Of a stretch of DNA of 57,324 bases, positions 28,917-37,870 are shown piece by piece. The DNA is from a virus (Duplodnaviria > Caudoviricetes), in IMG/VR virus record IMGVR_UViG_3300029318_000006, positions 1 through 57,324 of that record. The stretch is one strand, 5' to 3'. The notes beneath the pieces were generated by a model. That model had not been told where the DNA came from, searched no databases, and saw only the letters and a list, made by a program, of their open reading frames with translations. Each line of letters opens with the position of its first letter. Position 1 is the stretch's first letter. Made by a program: the position numbers and the translations under genes.

Positions 28917-29297
28917 ATGAAGATTTGCAATGTCTGCAATCAAGCACATCCTGAATCAAACTTTCCTACTGCTGGAGTAAAAAACGGTAAGAGATATTCA
29001 AGGCATCAATGTACTCAATGCTACGGTAAAAAGAAAAGACATCGTAGATATGTCAATAAACAATGGCTTAAGGATTTAAAAGAAACAATGGCCTGTGAGT
29101 CCTGTGGATACTCTAAAGAAACACATCCTAGATTTTGCACTCAAGCTCTTGAGTTTCACCACTATGAAGACAATAAAAAGTTTGAAGTAAGTAATGGGGT
29201 CCATAGAGGAATGGCTATTAAAAAACTTCAAGAAGAAATAGACAAATGTAAAGTTCTTTGTTCAAGATGTCACGTAGAAGAACATTATTCCTCCTGA
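28917..29297 (+). CDS. HNH endonuclease with Zn-binding CxxC motifs
   Basis: CESCGY...ALEFHH...IDKCKVLCSRCHVEEH. Confidence 0.8.
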   Translation: MKICNVCNQAHPESNFPTAGVKNGKRYSRHQCTQCYGKKKRHRRYVNKQWLKDLKETMACESCGYSKETHPRFCTQALEFHHYEDNKKFEVSNGVHRGMAIKKLQEEIDKCKVLCSRCHVEEHYSS

Positions 29298-29446
29298 TCA
29301 ATCAGCTCATTTAGTATTTTAATTAAGTCTTTGCAAGATTTGTTGACGTTTTCTTGGTTTTGATCCATCAAATTTTCATATATGTCATCAGTAGTGTCAT
29401 TAATCATTTTAGTTATAAAGTTGACATATGTGAGGTGATGTCTCAT
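29285..29446 (-). CDS. Hypothetical protein, 53 aa
   Basis: MRHHLTYVNFITKMINDTTDDIYENLMD...; start overlaps the upstream stop. Confidence 0.55.
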   Translation of the reverse strand: MRHHLTYVNFITKMINDTTDDIYENLMDQNQENVNKSCKDLIKILNELIDQEE

Positions 29447-29682
29447 TGTTTTAAATCTTCTGAGTATAATAACTCATCACCAAGTTTTTTATCTATTGTT
29501 TTAATTGTTCTGTATATTTCAATACTTCTTCTCTTAACTTCTTCTTTTTCTAATTTTGTAGAGTCAATACCTAAATGAGCATACAAACCACAATCAATCT
29601 CTAACAATTTATCTATTTTATCTTTGTCAGTCCAGGTCTTGAACTCTAATATCTTTTCTATATCTTCAAATTTATATCTCAT
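29443..29682 (-). CDS. Hypothetical protein
   Basis: 79-aa ORF in a tightly overlapping operon. Confidence 0.7.
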   Translation of the reverse strand: MRYKFEDIEKILEFKTWTDKDKIDKLLEIDCGLYAHLGIDSTKLEKEEVKRRSIEIYRTIKTIDKKLGDELLYSEDLKQ

Positions 29683-29992
29683 TTAAAATTGATTTAAGTT
29701 TATATGTGTTATACGCTTCTATTTCTGCTTTATTTAAATCCTCTTCTTTGTATTGAGGAGTGAAACCATAATCCATTTCGTTTGTGTAATAAGGTTCATT
29801 CTTGCTTCCTAAATAACATCTACAACTAGCGTTGTTAACAGCATAAATATAAAAATTTCTTTTGATAAAAGAAACTGTAAATCCATATCTATTTGCTACT
29901 CTTTCTAAGCTTACACCTCTCACTAAAGAATGTCTTATCTTTTTAATATCTTCTTCTGAGGTGTGGTATTTTAATTTATAATCAGATTTCAT
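29672..29992 (-). CDS. Hypothetical protein with possible HTH
   Basis: GVSLERVANRYGFTVSFIK resembles an HTH. Confidence 0.6.
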   Translation of the reverse strand: MKSDYKLKYHTSEEDIKKIRHSLVRGVSLERVANRYGFTVSFIKRNFYIYAVNNASCRCYLGSKNEPYYTNEMDYGFTPQYKEEDLNKAEIEAYNTYKLKSILNEI

Positions 29993-30290
29993 TTAAAATT
30001 AATTTTTCGTTTATTAAATCTAAGTAATCATCACAATCTATTTCCCTAATATCTGTAAAAGAGTACACTTTATTAGATAGCTTTATGCAGTCTACAGAAA
30101 AAAATGTAGGGTCTGGAGTATGTACAACTCCACCATAAGTACAACTATGTTTTGGAGTTAAAGTTTTTAGATTCTTATTAATTAACTTAGCTATTTTCAA
30201 AGATTCTGTCATAGGAAATTCATCCTGGAGCTTAATAATAAAATTATCCTGGACTTCGTATAAATTACCCTTTGTAGACTTCTGTGTCAA
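29982..30290 (-). CDS. Hypothetical protein
   Basis: 102-aa ORF in the operon; start uncertain. Confidence 0.55.
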   Translation of the reverse strand: MTQKSTKGNLYEVQDNFIIKLQDEFPMTESLKIAKLINKNLKTLTPKHSCTYGGVVHTPDPTFFSVDCIKLSNKVYSFTDIREIDCDDYLDLINEKLILNEI

Positions 30291-30501
30291 ATCCTTGTTT
30301 TTTAAGTTCTTGTATTCTATACTCTTGTAGTTTAGTTAATTTAGTGTTTGGTCTTTTAACCTCCAAAAATAATGCCTTTCCATCTTTTAAAGCTAATAAG
30401 TCAGGTATTCCCATTTTATTAGTTAAGACTAGTTTCACAACAAAATAACCCTCTTCTTCAAGTTGTTTTATTTTCTTGTTTTGTATTTGACTTTCTTTCA
30501 A
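30265..30501 (-). CDS. VRR-NUC domain nuclease (Holliday junction resolvase-like)
   Basis: ESQIQ...GIPDLL...FLEVKRP...LTKLQEYR. Confidence 0.85.
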   Translation of the reverse strand: MKESQIQNKKIKQLEEEGYFVVKLVLTNKMGIPDLLALKDGKALFLEVKRPNTKLTKLQEYRIQELKKQGFDTEVYKG

Positions 30502-30589
30502 AATATAATTTACGCAAACTACTTCCTAATTCGTAGTCATTAGGATACTTTTTAATAAAGTCTTTTAATAACTTCAAGCAGTCTTTCAT
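30458..30589 (-). CDS. Small hypothetical protein (YPNDYELG motif)
   Basis: MKDCLKLLKDFIKKYPNDYELGSSLRKLYF...; ATGA-coupled. Confidence 0.5.
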   Translation of the reverse strand: MKDCLKLLKDFIKKYPNDYELGSSLRKLYFERKSNTKQENKTT

Positions 30590-30993
30590 TTCAGTAAATT
30601 TACGGAATTATATTTATGTAGTTCATAAAAATATTTAGTAATTTTTTTGTTGTTGTTAAACTCAGTTCTGTATGGAGCAAACTTTGGAACAATATCAGAT
30701 GTAATAATTTCTTCTTTTAATTCGTTTAAATCATACATATATATTCCAGAAGAGTCTTTTACTAAGTAAAAAGGTTTTTTTTCTAAAGCTTCTCCAATCA
30801 TTAGTAAATTATAGAACTTATCTACTTGTATATAATGAGTGTCATAAACAACATCCCTAACTTTAATTTCTATGATAGAGATGTCGTTGTAGGCATCGTA
30901 AGCTTCATATTGATTTTCAGTAGGTTTCAAACCTCGATCGTATTTAAGATTTAATTCTTTAATTAACTGAAGCTCTTTATTTTTCATTTCCAC
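30586..30993 (-). CDS. PD-(D/E)XK-like nuclease
   Basis: YDAY...IIEIKVR catalytic pattern. Confidence 0.55.
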   Translation of the reverse strand: MEMKNKELQLIKELNLKYDRGLKPTENQYEAYDAYNDISIIEIKVRDVVYDTHYIQVDKFYNLLMIGEALEKKPFYLVKDSSGIYMYDLNELKEEIITSDIVPKFAPYRTEFNNNKKITKYFYELHKYNSVNLLK

Positions 30994-31316
30994 TGGTTTC
31001 TACCAACCAACATTCCAATTATGCCATAGTTAGCTATATCAATAAATGTATCCTCTTGACCTTCACCAGGAACATAATTCTTTCCATTCTTGATTAAGTT
31101 CTTTAATCTACTTATCTTGTCAGTTAATCTAATCGACAAACCTGTCAAAGCAAACTTTTTATCTTCAGGCTTCTTTAAATCACCACCCAATGCGATATTA
31201 TTTAATCCATAATCCATTTGCTTTCTTGCAAATAATTTATACATCTCCTGCTGTATCTCCTTGAATTCTTTAGATAACTCAGGATATTGTTTTTCAAACG
31301 TCTCTATTTCTGTCAT
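30984..31316 (-). CDS. DUF1599/nucleotide-modification-associated domain protein
   Basis: KQMDYG...IRLTDKISRLKNL...EDTFIDIANYGIIG. Confidence 0.8.
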   Translation of the reverse strand: MTEIETFEKQYPELSKEFKEIQQEMYKLFARKQMDYGLNNIALGGDLKKPEDKKFALTGLSIRLTDKISRLKNLIKNGKNYVPGEGQEDTFIDIANYGIIGMLVGRNQWK

Positions 31317-31522
31317 TTTATTTTATTTTTATAATTTAAGTAAGCTCCTTCAATATTGAATCCGCATCCGCATTTTTTATGATTACCCTCAAAGTAATTA
31401 ACATACTCTTCTCTTGGTATGCAATACCAGTTATTATTATAGGGGTTGAAATGATATATTAAGTTAAATTGCTCCATATTGTTATTATTTTTTGACATCC
31501 AATACCATTCCTTTTTAATCAT
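31313..31522 (-). CDS. Hypothetical protein
   Basis: FHFNPY-type motif (YHFNPYNNNWYCIPRE). Confidence 0.6.
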   Translation of the reverse strand: MIKKEWYWMSKNNNNMEQFNLIYHFNPYNNNWYCIPREEYVNYFEGNHKKCGCGFNIEGAYLNYKNKIK

Positions 31523-32745
31523 ATTAAATAGTCTCTTTTAAAATGTCTTAATGTGTAATCCTTTTTTTTGTTCACAGCCTTGTATATCATTTTCTCAATA
31601 CCTTTCTCAGAAAAGACCCAATATATTTTATTATACAACCTGTCTTTAGTAGTCATACGATCACGACTCTGCCAATAGCTTGTAGCACTAAAGTCAATAT
31701 TGTAATATACTAAATACTTGGCATTCCTTAGTGAGATTCCTTCTCTACCACTTACAATTTGTAATGCAATGTTTTTATCTGTACTGTCAAACTCATCTAA
31801 AGTAGTACATAAACTTTCTCCAAACACTTCTTTCAATGCTTTTAACTCTGCTTGAAACTTATAAAAAATACCAATCTTTATTCCTTTAAATTTTTCTTTT
31901 ATAAACTTAGCTTTACTTAAATCTAAAACCGTTGAGGTGCCATTCTCAAACTTAACTGTGCCACTACATAACTGATGAATTTTACTCATCAATTTTACTG
32001 GTGTATCGCCAAGTATAAATTCTCCATTCATTTCAAAAACCTTGTCTTTTTGTAAGATTTTTGTAATTTCTTGAACTTTTTCGTCAATTTTTACTAATAA
32101 AACCTCTTCGTCTACTTTTGATTTAAACCCTGCTTGTTGCTGAGTATAAGACAAAGTATATGGCTTCATCAAATCTATAATCTCTTGCTTGCCCTTACTG
32201 TAATCATTGATGTCATAACCATTTATTTTCTTTTTAGTTACGTTGACGTATCTATGAGCAAACTTGTAAAAGTTTTTACAATCGTAAAAAGGATTGGATT
32301 TAGCTCCATAAACCTGATGATACATTTGAGAATAACTCTCTGGAGTAGGTGTCCCTGACATTAGTATTAAGTAAGGATTGTGTGATTGAACTAGCTCCTT
32401 GACATTCTTGGCTCTTTTGCTAGGCTTGGGAAAGGCAGCAATAGAATGTGCTTCGTCACAAATAACAACATCCCAGTCACAAACTTCTATTTTATGTAAG
32501 CTCTCATAGTTAATAACTTGAAGGTTGAAACCAGGATTTAACATAGTATAGTCTGATTCAATACTACTAATGGCTTTTTTCTTAGTTATGAATAACACAT
32601 TGTTAATACCAATCTCCTTACATATTCCTAAAGAAGTTAATGTTTTTCCTGTTCTAACCTCCATAGATAGATACAATAGCTTATATCTATTTAATATATC
32701 TAAACCTTTATTAATAATATCTATTTGATAATCCCTAAACTTCAT
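31519..32745 (-). CDS. SF2 (SNF2-like) helicase
   Basis: FRDYQ Q-motif, MEVRTGKT, ICDEAH, MSGTP, SGREGISL, WQSRDR. Confidence 0.85.
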   Translation of the reverse strand: MKFRDYQIDIINKGLDILNRYKLLYLSMEVRTGKTLTSLGICKEIGINNVLFITKKKAISSIESDYTMLNPGFNLQVINYESLHKIEVCDWDVVICDEAHSIAAFPKPSKRAKNVKELVQSHNPYLILMSGTPTPESYSQMYHQVYGAKSNPFYDCKNFYKFAHRYVNVTKKKINGYDINDYSKGKQEIIDLMKPYTLSYTQQQAGFKSKVDEEVLLVKIDEKVQEITKILQKDKVFEMNGEFILGDTPVKLMSKIHQLCSGTVKFENGTSTVLDLSKAKFIKEKFKGIKIGIFYKFQAELKALKEVFGESLCTTLDEFDSTDKNIALQIVSGREGISLRNAKYLVYYNIDFSATSYWQSRDRMTTKDRLYNKIYWVFSEKGIEKMIYKAVNKKKDYTLRHFKRDYLI

Positions 32746-32987
32746 AATAATTTTTGAATTTCAGAACACTTTTCATAATCTTCTAAGTCCATAAAGTGGT
32801 CAAACATCATTTCTATTACATATTTATCGTTGGGACTCTCTGGATCGTGAGCAAATAATATATCTAGATTTACTACATCAAATTCAATTTCATCTATAAT
32901 ATCTTCAACAGTCATTCCTTTTACTATTATCTTATAACTATTTAAAAATGCTTGATGAATTCTATCTGGGTCAGTTAATCTTTTCAT
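32742..32987 (-). CDS. Hypothetical protein with UVR-like C-terminal motif
   Basis: EDYEKCSEIQK resembles the UvrB/C coiled motif. Confidence 0.6.
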   Translation of the reverse strand: MKRLTDPDRIHQAFLNSYKIIVKGMTVEDIIDEIEFDVVNLDILFAHDPESPNDKYVIEMMFDHFMDLEDYEKCSEIQKLL

Positions 32988-35389
32988 ATATCTAATTTAC
33001 TATTATATTCTGCTTCGTGTTTACTTCTCATTCTTATCCATTTTCCTTTATGATCCTTGCCTTCATCAGGACTAACTCCTGTTTTAAATACTGCGTAAGA
33101 GTTTAGCCATTGATAAAACTTAGTTCTAGAAACAGTCATTTTGGCTTTTGGAGCAAAGTCTGGATTCTCAGAAATAAAATCCATATATAGTTCTTGTTTG
33201 TATATTTTATGACCATTATCAAAATCTTCATTAGGACTCTTCCCGTCTAATAATCCACACCACTCAATAAATTCGTGACAAGTTTCAGCAGATAACTGAC
33301 GTATCTTAAGATTAACAAAAGAGCTTTTAACTAGTCCTTTATTCATATAAAACTGTAGGCAATATATCATATAGTTATCAAACCTGCACCACTCATCAGC
33401 ACTCCAGTCACCAAACATTAACTTACCAAACTCATCATAAGGAGTAAATGACTTGTTATAATATTGATTAAGCTCTAGCTCCCACTTCCTTCTTTCAAAA
33501 GAGTTACCCTTTCCTTTTATTGCATAGTTAGTAGTGATAGCTACCTTTGGTGACTTTTTAAAAGGAATCTTAATAGCATCCTTGTTTTTCTTCTCTAGTG
33601 TCAATCCTTCTGTAATCACACTAAACAATCTCTCAAAGTCAAAGTGTTTTCTAACATCATCAAAACAAAGTATTTGAGTGTCTGCTGATACTAATTGATA
33701 AGCAAAAGATTTTTCGAAGTTGAATCCTTTTCCATCAATAACTACTAATTTTTTCATATGTTGTAAAGCATTCATAAATAAACCCTTACCCGTTCCTCCT
33801 TCTGGATTATCACTAATTACCTCATCATTTAAAATCACTGCTGGGCAGTAAGATAAATTCTTATAACCGTGCATTAAATAACCTATAGTACTTTCAGTAG
33901 ACTCTATTCTTTTGTCATCTTTAGCACATATGTTAGATACAAATTTTTTGTAATCACACTCAATAGACTCGCAGTCTGTGTAATCTCTATCAATAACGTG
34001 GTCTTTCCAAACGTACCCACCTAAATCAATATAGTCTATTGGTGTTACGGTATCGTTGGTTATTTTAACTGCACAGTTTTTATAATATATGTAAGACTCG
34101 TTCTTGGTGTCTTCAATAAAGAATACATCTATAGAGTCTAGTAGAGTTAAAAATTCTTCTCTAAAATATTTAGTGTGCTCAGCAAAATAATTATACACCT
34201 CTATGTCATCAACAGTTAGTAAGTGTTTTAATATGAAATCTTTAATCTGCTTTTCAGATGCGTGATCTATTAGGTTGTTGGTAACTTTTACAAATACATA
34301 GTTTTTACTTCCTTCAGGATTGTACTTATAAAAACCATTTTCTTCTAAAAACATTTTAAATTTTAAATGAAATATTTTTATAACACCCTTTTTGTTTTTG
34401 GTCCAAAACTTATTATCAAAACCTTCCTCTTGGATTTTATCTATTACATTATCTAAAACCTCCTCATCTATGTCCTCAAAGTATTTTTTAATATCTGTCT
34501 TAGATTTACCTTTTAATATGTTTGATTTAATAGCATTCAACGTATCTGAGTCTTCGTAAACTCTTGTTCCAAAATTAGCTATGTTGGAATACGCAGAGTC
34601 AATAGTCCTTTTAATCTCATTTAAATTAAAATCTTGAGACTGAAATCCATTTAGCACATACTCTGCAAGTGACTTTTCAATACCAAAGTCATTAAATGAT
34701 GAAGCCAATATGAAAGCATTTTGGTTTCTTTGACCCTCATTCATTGGATACTTTTTCTCCCACCACTTAATTAGTATATCCACTATCTTAGTTTGATCGG
34801 TAATAGGTATGGTAATTTCTTTTTTATCTATTGCATTAGGTGTTTCTATTATTTTATCCCACAATAAAGATTCTTCATTAACGTGAATAATAGGATCATA
34901 GCTCTCATAACATACTCTTGATATGTTTTTAGAAGTGCTATCAAAAAAAGGTGAATCAAAGTATTGTTGAAGTGATGCAAAATATTTCACGTGCATATCA
35001 ATATCAGAAGGGACCCTGATTAAAACCTTGAGTCCCTTTCCTGATGGAGAGATGAAAACACAATAAACATACTCATCCTTGATTAATTTATCTCTATGCT
35101 GATGTAATTTCTTTTGGGTATCGTACTGGTCGAAGTCCAAACATATCAAACCACTATGCTCTAAAATAGAGTCATCATTTCTTTTATTAAACTTACCACT
35201 AAAACAAATAGCAGGTAGTTGTTGTTTTAATTCGTTTATTTTTTTCTTATCTTTCTCGGTTCTAATCTTTTTTATCAACTCTTCAGAACGACCATCTCTT
35301 ATTCTATCAATGATGTCATTTACTGGTAAATGAAAAGGCTGGGTGGTGTCTTTTATGTTTTTAAATATTGTTATGACGTTTTGTGACAT
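32984..35389 (-). CDS. Primase-helicase (BT4734/VirE-N primase + PriCT + P-loop helicase)
   Basis: KQQLPAICFSG, HSGLICLDFD, FISPSGKGLKV, SRVCYESYDP, EGQRN (PriCT), Walker A GGTGKG, LCFDD. Confidence 0.85.
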   Translation of the reverse strand: MSQNVITIFKNIKDTTQPFHLPVNDIIDRIRDGRSEELIKKIRTEKDKKKINELKQQLPAICFSGKFNKRNDDSILEHSGLICLDFDQYDTQKKLHQHRDKLIKDEYVYCVFISPSGKGLKVLIRVPSDIDMHVKYFASLQQYFDSPFFDSTSKNISRVCYESYDPIIHVNEESLLWDKIIETPNAIDKKEITIPITDQTKIVDILIKWWEKKYPMNEGQRNQNAFILASSFNDFGIEKSLAEYVLNGFQSQDFNLNEIKRTIDSAYSNIANFGTRVYEDSDTLNAIKSNILKGKSKTDIKKYFEDIDEEVLDNVIDKIQEEGFDNKFWTKNKKGVIKIFHLKFKMFLEENGFYKYNPEGSKNYVFVKVTNNLIDHASEKQIKDFILKHLLTVDDIEVYNYFAEHTKYFREEFLTLLDSIDVFFIEDTKNESYIYYKNCAVKITNDTVTPIDYIDLGGYVWKDHVIDRDYTDCESIECDYKKFVSNICAKDDKRIESTESTIGYLMHGYKNLSYCPAVILNDEVISDNPEGGTGKGLFMNALQHMKKLVVIDGKGFNFEKSFAYQLVSADTQILCFDDVRKHFDFERLFSVITEGLTLEKKNKDAIKIPFKKSPKVAITTNYAIKGKGNSFERRKWELELNQYYNKSFTPYDEFGKLMFGDWSADEWCRFDNYMIYCLQFYMNKGLVKSSFVNLKIRQLSAETCHEFIEWCGLLDGKSPNEDFDNGHKIYKQELYMDFISENPDFAPKAKMTVSRTKFYQWLNSYAVFKTGVSPDEGKDHKGKWIRMRSKHEAEYNSKLDI

Positions 35390-35563
35390 ATTTATGACGA
35401 TTTTATGACGATTTAATTTTATATAACTTATTGATATATAGTTATTTATATATATTTATGACGGTTTTGACGATTTTAATAAGAAAAAATAATAAAAAGA
35501 ATAGTATAGTATACCCTATGAAGTTTATTACAAAATATTTTAAAAAAATCGTCATTTCCGTCA
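35374..35563. repeat. Origin-like element A: TGACG iterons, IHF-like site, A-rich spacer, inverted CGTCA
   Basis: TGACG at 35374, 35395, 35406, 35459, 35468; CGTCA at 35550, 35559; TAACTTATTGATA at 35424-35436. Confidence 0.7.
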
Positions 35564-35574
35564 TAATTATAAAT

Positions 35575-35814
35575 TTAGAAAGTAACTTCTTCTGTTGCTT
35601 TCTTTTTAGTAGGCTCAAAAGTGTCTAGCTCCACATATTGTTTTCCAGACTTAGATGTGTTAATATTTAAATTAACCCAACCATTTTTTGCGTTTTCTTT
35701 TAAGAACACTACTGCATCCTCAACTTTAACCGACATTGAACCAACAACCCAATCAGGTTGATTTTCACGAGTTTTAAATAAAAACCCGTCAGCAAAAATT
35801 TTCTCTTTGCTCAT
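35575..35814 (-). CDS. ssb: Probable small single-stranded DNA-binding protein
   Basis: Beta-rich 79 aa with acidic tail ending in F (EEVTF); follows the SSAP and exonuclease genes. Confidence 0.6.
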   Translation of the reverse strand: MSKEKIFADGFLFKTRENQPDWVVGSMSVKVEDAVVFLKENAKNGWVNLNINTSKSGKQYVELDTFEPTKKKATEEVTF

Positions 35815-35835
35815 AACTATATATATTTAAATTAT

Positions 35836-35868
35836 GTCTACAATATAACCTAGTGTAGACTTCTAGGT
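35836..35868 (-). ncRNA. Predicted cis-regulatory H-type RNA pseudoknot in the SSB leader
   Basis: mRNA: ACCUAG-AA-GUCUACA-CUAGGU-UAUAU-UGUAGAC (S1 6 bp, L1 2 nt, S2 7 bp, L3 5 nt, all Watson-Crick). Confidence 0.6.
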
Positions 35869-36606
35869 AAGCTCTTCCTTGATGAAAAATTCATCTATAT
35901 TCTCCGTAGCATCTTTACTAAAGAATTTATTATAAATCTCCAATGCTCTCTCTACTTTTTCTTCTCCGCTTTGAATAAAAGAATCAGTAGGCTCATAGAC
36001 ACCTAACATCTTTGTGTTCTTGTCTATTACATAAAAAACTACTGGAACACCAAATATTTGTTGGTATATATAAGACTGACTATCATAATTATACTTTTTG
36101 GCAGAGTACTTGAATTTAGATATGTCAGAAGTTGTTTTAAGATCAATAATGTAATCTGATGCTAATATATCTGCTTTTCCTTTCCACTTAGCACCCTTTA
36201 TAGTTTTAATTCCAGGAACCTCATACATATTAAACTTACTATATATAAACTCATAAAAATTAAAATTACTTTTCATAACAGAAACTAAACTATCTATGTG
36301 TTCTGCTTCTGACTTTAGTAAAGCAATAGACAAACCGTGTTCTTGTATTTGATTCTTATAGTTTTTTGTATTCCTAGATGTTGAGTCTATAATAACAAAC
36401 TCATCTTTTTTATGTGGCTCTATCATAGACACGTGGAAGTATCTACCCTCTACCATAGCTTTGGTTTCTCCTTTAGTTTTTCTAAAAGAGCGTGGATCAT
36501 TTAGTAAACTGTATATATCAGAGTTAGATAAAAACTGCTTACCAAAGTCACCATAGTATTCTTTATCTTCTTGTAACTTGTATAAAGTTTCTTGTTTACT
36601 AAACAT
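35863..36606 (-). CDS. RecE/ExoVIII-like PD-(D/E)XK exonuclease (DUF3799-like)
   Basis: LSNSDI, GRYFH, KGKADIL...IDLKTT...YNYDSQSYIY. Confidence 0.8.
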   Translation of the reverse strand: MFSKQETLYKLQEDKEYYGDFGKQFLSNSDIYSLLNDPRSFRKTKGETKAMVEGRYFHVSMIEPHKKDEFVIIDSTSRNTKNYKNQIQEHGLSIALLKSEAEHIDSLVSVMKSNFNFYEFIYSKFNMYEVPGIKTIKGAKWKGKADILASDYIIDLKTTSDISKFKYSAKKYNYDSQSYIYQQIFGVPVVFYVIDKNTKMLGVYEPTDSFIQSGEEKVERALEIYNKFFSKDATENIDEFFIKEELT

Positions 36607-37192
36607 AAGTCTTGATTGTTTTAAGAGCTTCTGATGTTAATTCATACTTCTGCTTCAATCTTTTTACTACACCATCAAAACCTAAATGTTTATTATCCAC
36701 TACATACTTCAAGCAATCTTCCCACTTATCATCTCCAAGATCTAAACTAGCTTTTTCACTAGCTTTCTTGCTAGTGCTTTTAGCAGGGGTTGATACCTTG
36801 GATTCAGACTCTGGTAAATCTTCACCTGCATATATATAAAGACCTAATCCGTGTCTTGCTATGGCTTTAGTTAAACTTCTTTGAATACTTTTATTAACAT
36901 CAAAAGAAGTAATTTTATCTATAGTAATTGACTTATTTCTATAGTCCATAACTGGAAGATATTCAATAAGCTCCATACCTCCGATCGTAACACCTGTTTT
37001 TACCCAAGCTGTTTTACCATCGTGATGGTAGCATAATCCATCTGCATTCTCATAAATAGTATAAGTAGCATCAGGACACGTCTTTTTAGTTTCGCTCCAA
37101 GCCCAAGCCCACGATAGGTAAGTCAAGCCATTTTTATTCTCAACGTGTTCATTTACGTTGATGGATGATAATTTTTCAAATGTGTTTTTCAT
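36599..37192 (-). CDS. Single-strand annealing protein, Sak3/DUF1071 family
   Basis: GLTYLSWAWAW, LPVMDYRN, NKSIQRSLTKAIARHGLGLYIYAGEDLP. Confidence 0.85.
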   Translation of the reverse strand: MKNTFEKLSSINVNEHVENKNGLTYLSWAWAWSETKKTCPDATYTIYENADGLCYHHDGKTAWVKTGVTIGGMELIEYLPVMDYRNKSITIDKITSFDVNKSIQRSLTKAIARHGLGLYIYAGEDLPESESKVSTPAKSTSKKASEKASLDLGDDKWEDCLKYVVDNKHLGFDGVVKRLKQKYELTSEALKTIKTYV

Positions 37193-37580
37193 TTTTGATT
37201 TGATTTAATTGTTTATTTAATTTACTGTACTTACTTAGCACATTCTCTTTTTGGTTTTTATAATGCCTAACTTGTCTGGTGTTGCCATCTTGATATGCAT
37301 TTCTTGTTCTTATAAATAGTTTATCCAATTTATATTCCAAGTCATTCATTAGTACGTTTATTCTGCCTACTACCCATCCTTCTTCATAAAATATTTGATA
37401 CTCTTCATCCATTATCTCTTGATAGTTTTCTCGATGACATCTAAGTATAAAATACTTATCTCTATCTTTCTCTATCTTAACACCTTTGTGCATAATAGCT
37501 TTGTTAGTCTTGCTATTATCCATATATATGGCAGATCGAATGTTTTTAGCTTGATACCAGAGGTCTTCTATACTGAACAT
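37176..37580 (-). CDS. Hypothetical protein
   Basis: 134-aa ORF overlapping both neighbours. Confidence 0.65.
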   Translation of the reverse strand: MFSIEDLWYQAKNIRSAIYMDNSKTNKAIMHKGVKIEKDRDKYFILRCHRENYQEIMDEEYQIFYEEGWVVGRINVLMNDLEYKLDKLFIRTRNAYQDGNTRQVRHYKNQKENVLSKYSKLNKQLNQIKNEKHI

Positions 37581-37870
37581 TTTAATTCTTTTACAAGATC
37601 TCTTAAGTCACTATCTACTCGCATTTCATTCTTAATTTTCTCTTGTCCATATAATATATTGGAATGAGCCATTTTGTGATTATGCTCACTAAGAATATAG
37701 TCTTGGATGTAACAAGGTCTTATATTTCTATCCTTACATAGATAGAAGTAAATCTGTCTAGCATCAATATGATTTCTCTTTTTAGATTTGTTAAATAGAC
37801 TCTCGACTGGTACTTGTAGCTTTTCTACTACTACCTTCTCTATTTTCTGGAGTGCTTCTTCTTTTGTCAT
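37568..37870 (-). CDS. DnaA domain IV-like HTH DNA-binding protein
   Basis: KSKKRNHIDARQIYFYLC...HSNILYG matches the Bac_DnaA_C pattern (xSRxxxxxxARQIAMYL...DHTTVLH). Confidence 0.7.
   Translation of the reverse strand: MTKEEALQKIEKVVVEKLQVPVESLFNKSKKRNHIDARQIYFYLCKDRNIRPCYIQDYILSEHNHKMAHSNILYGQEKIKNEMRVDSDLRDLVKELKCSV

Noticed and set aside
30495-30520. Leftward -7 promoter before VRR-NUC
   Set aside because: The sequence is TATATTTTG, which does not fit TAnnTTTG, and it lies within a small ORF.
35431-35628. 65-aa + strand ORF
   Set aside because: Low-complexity translation of origin-like element A.
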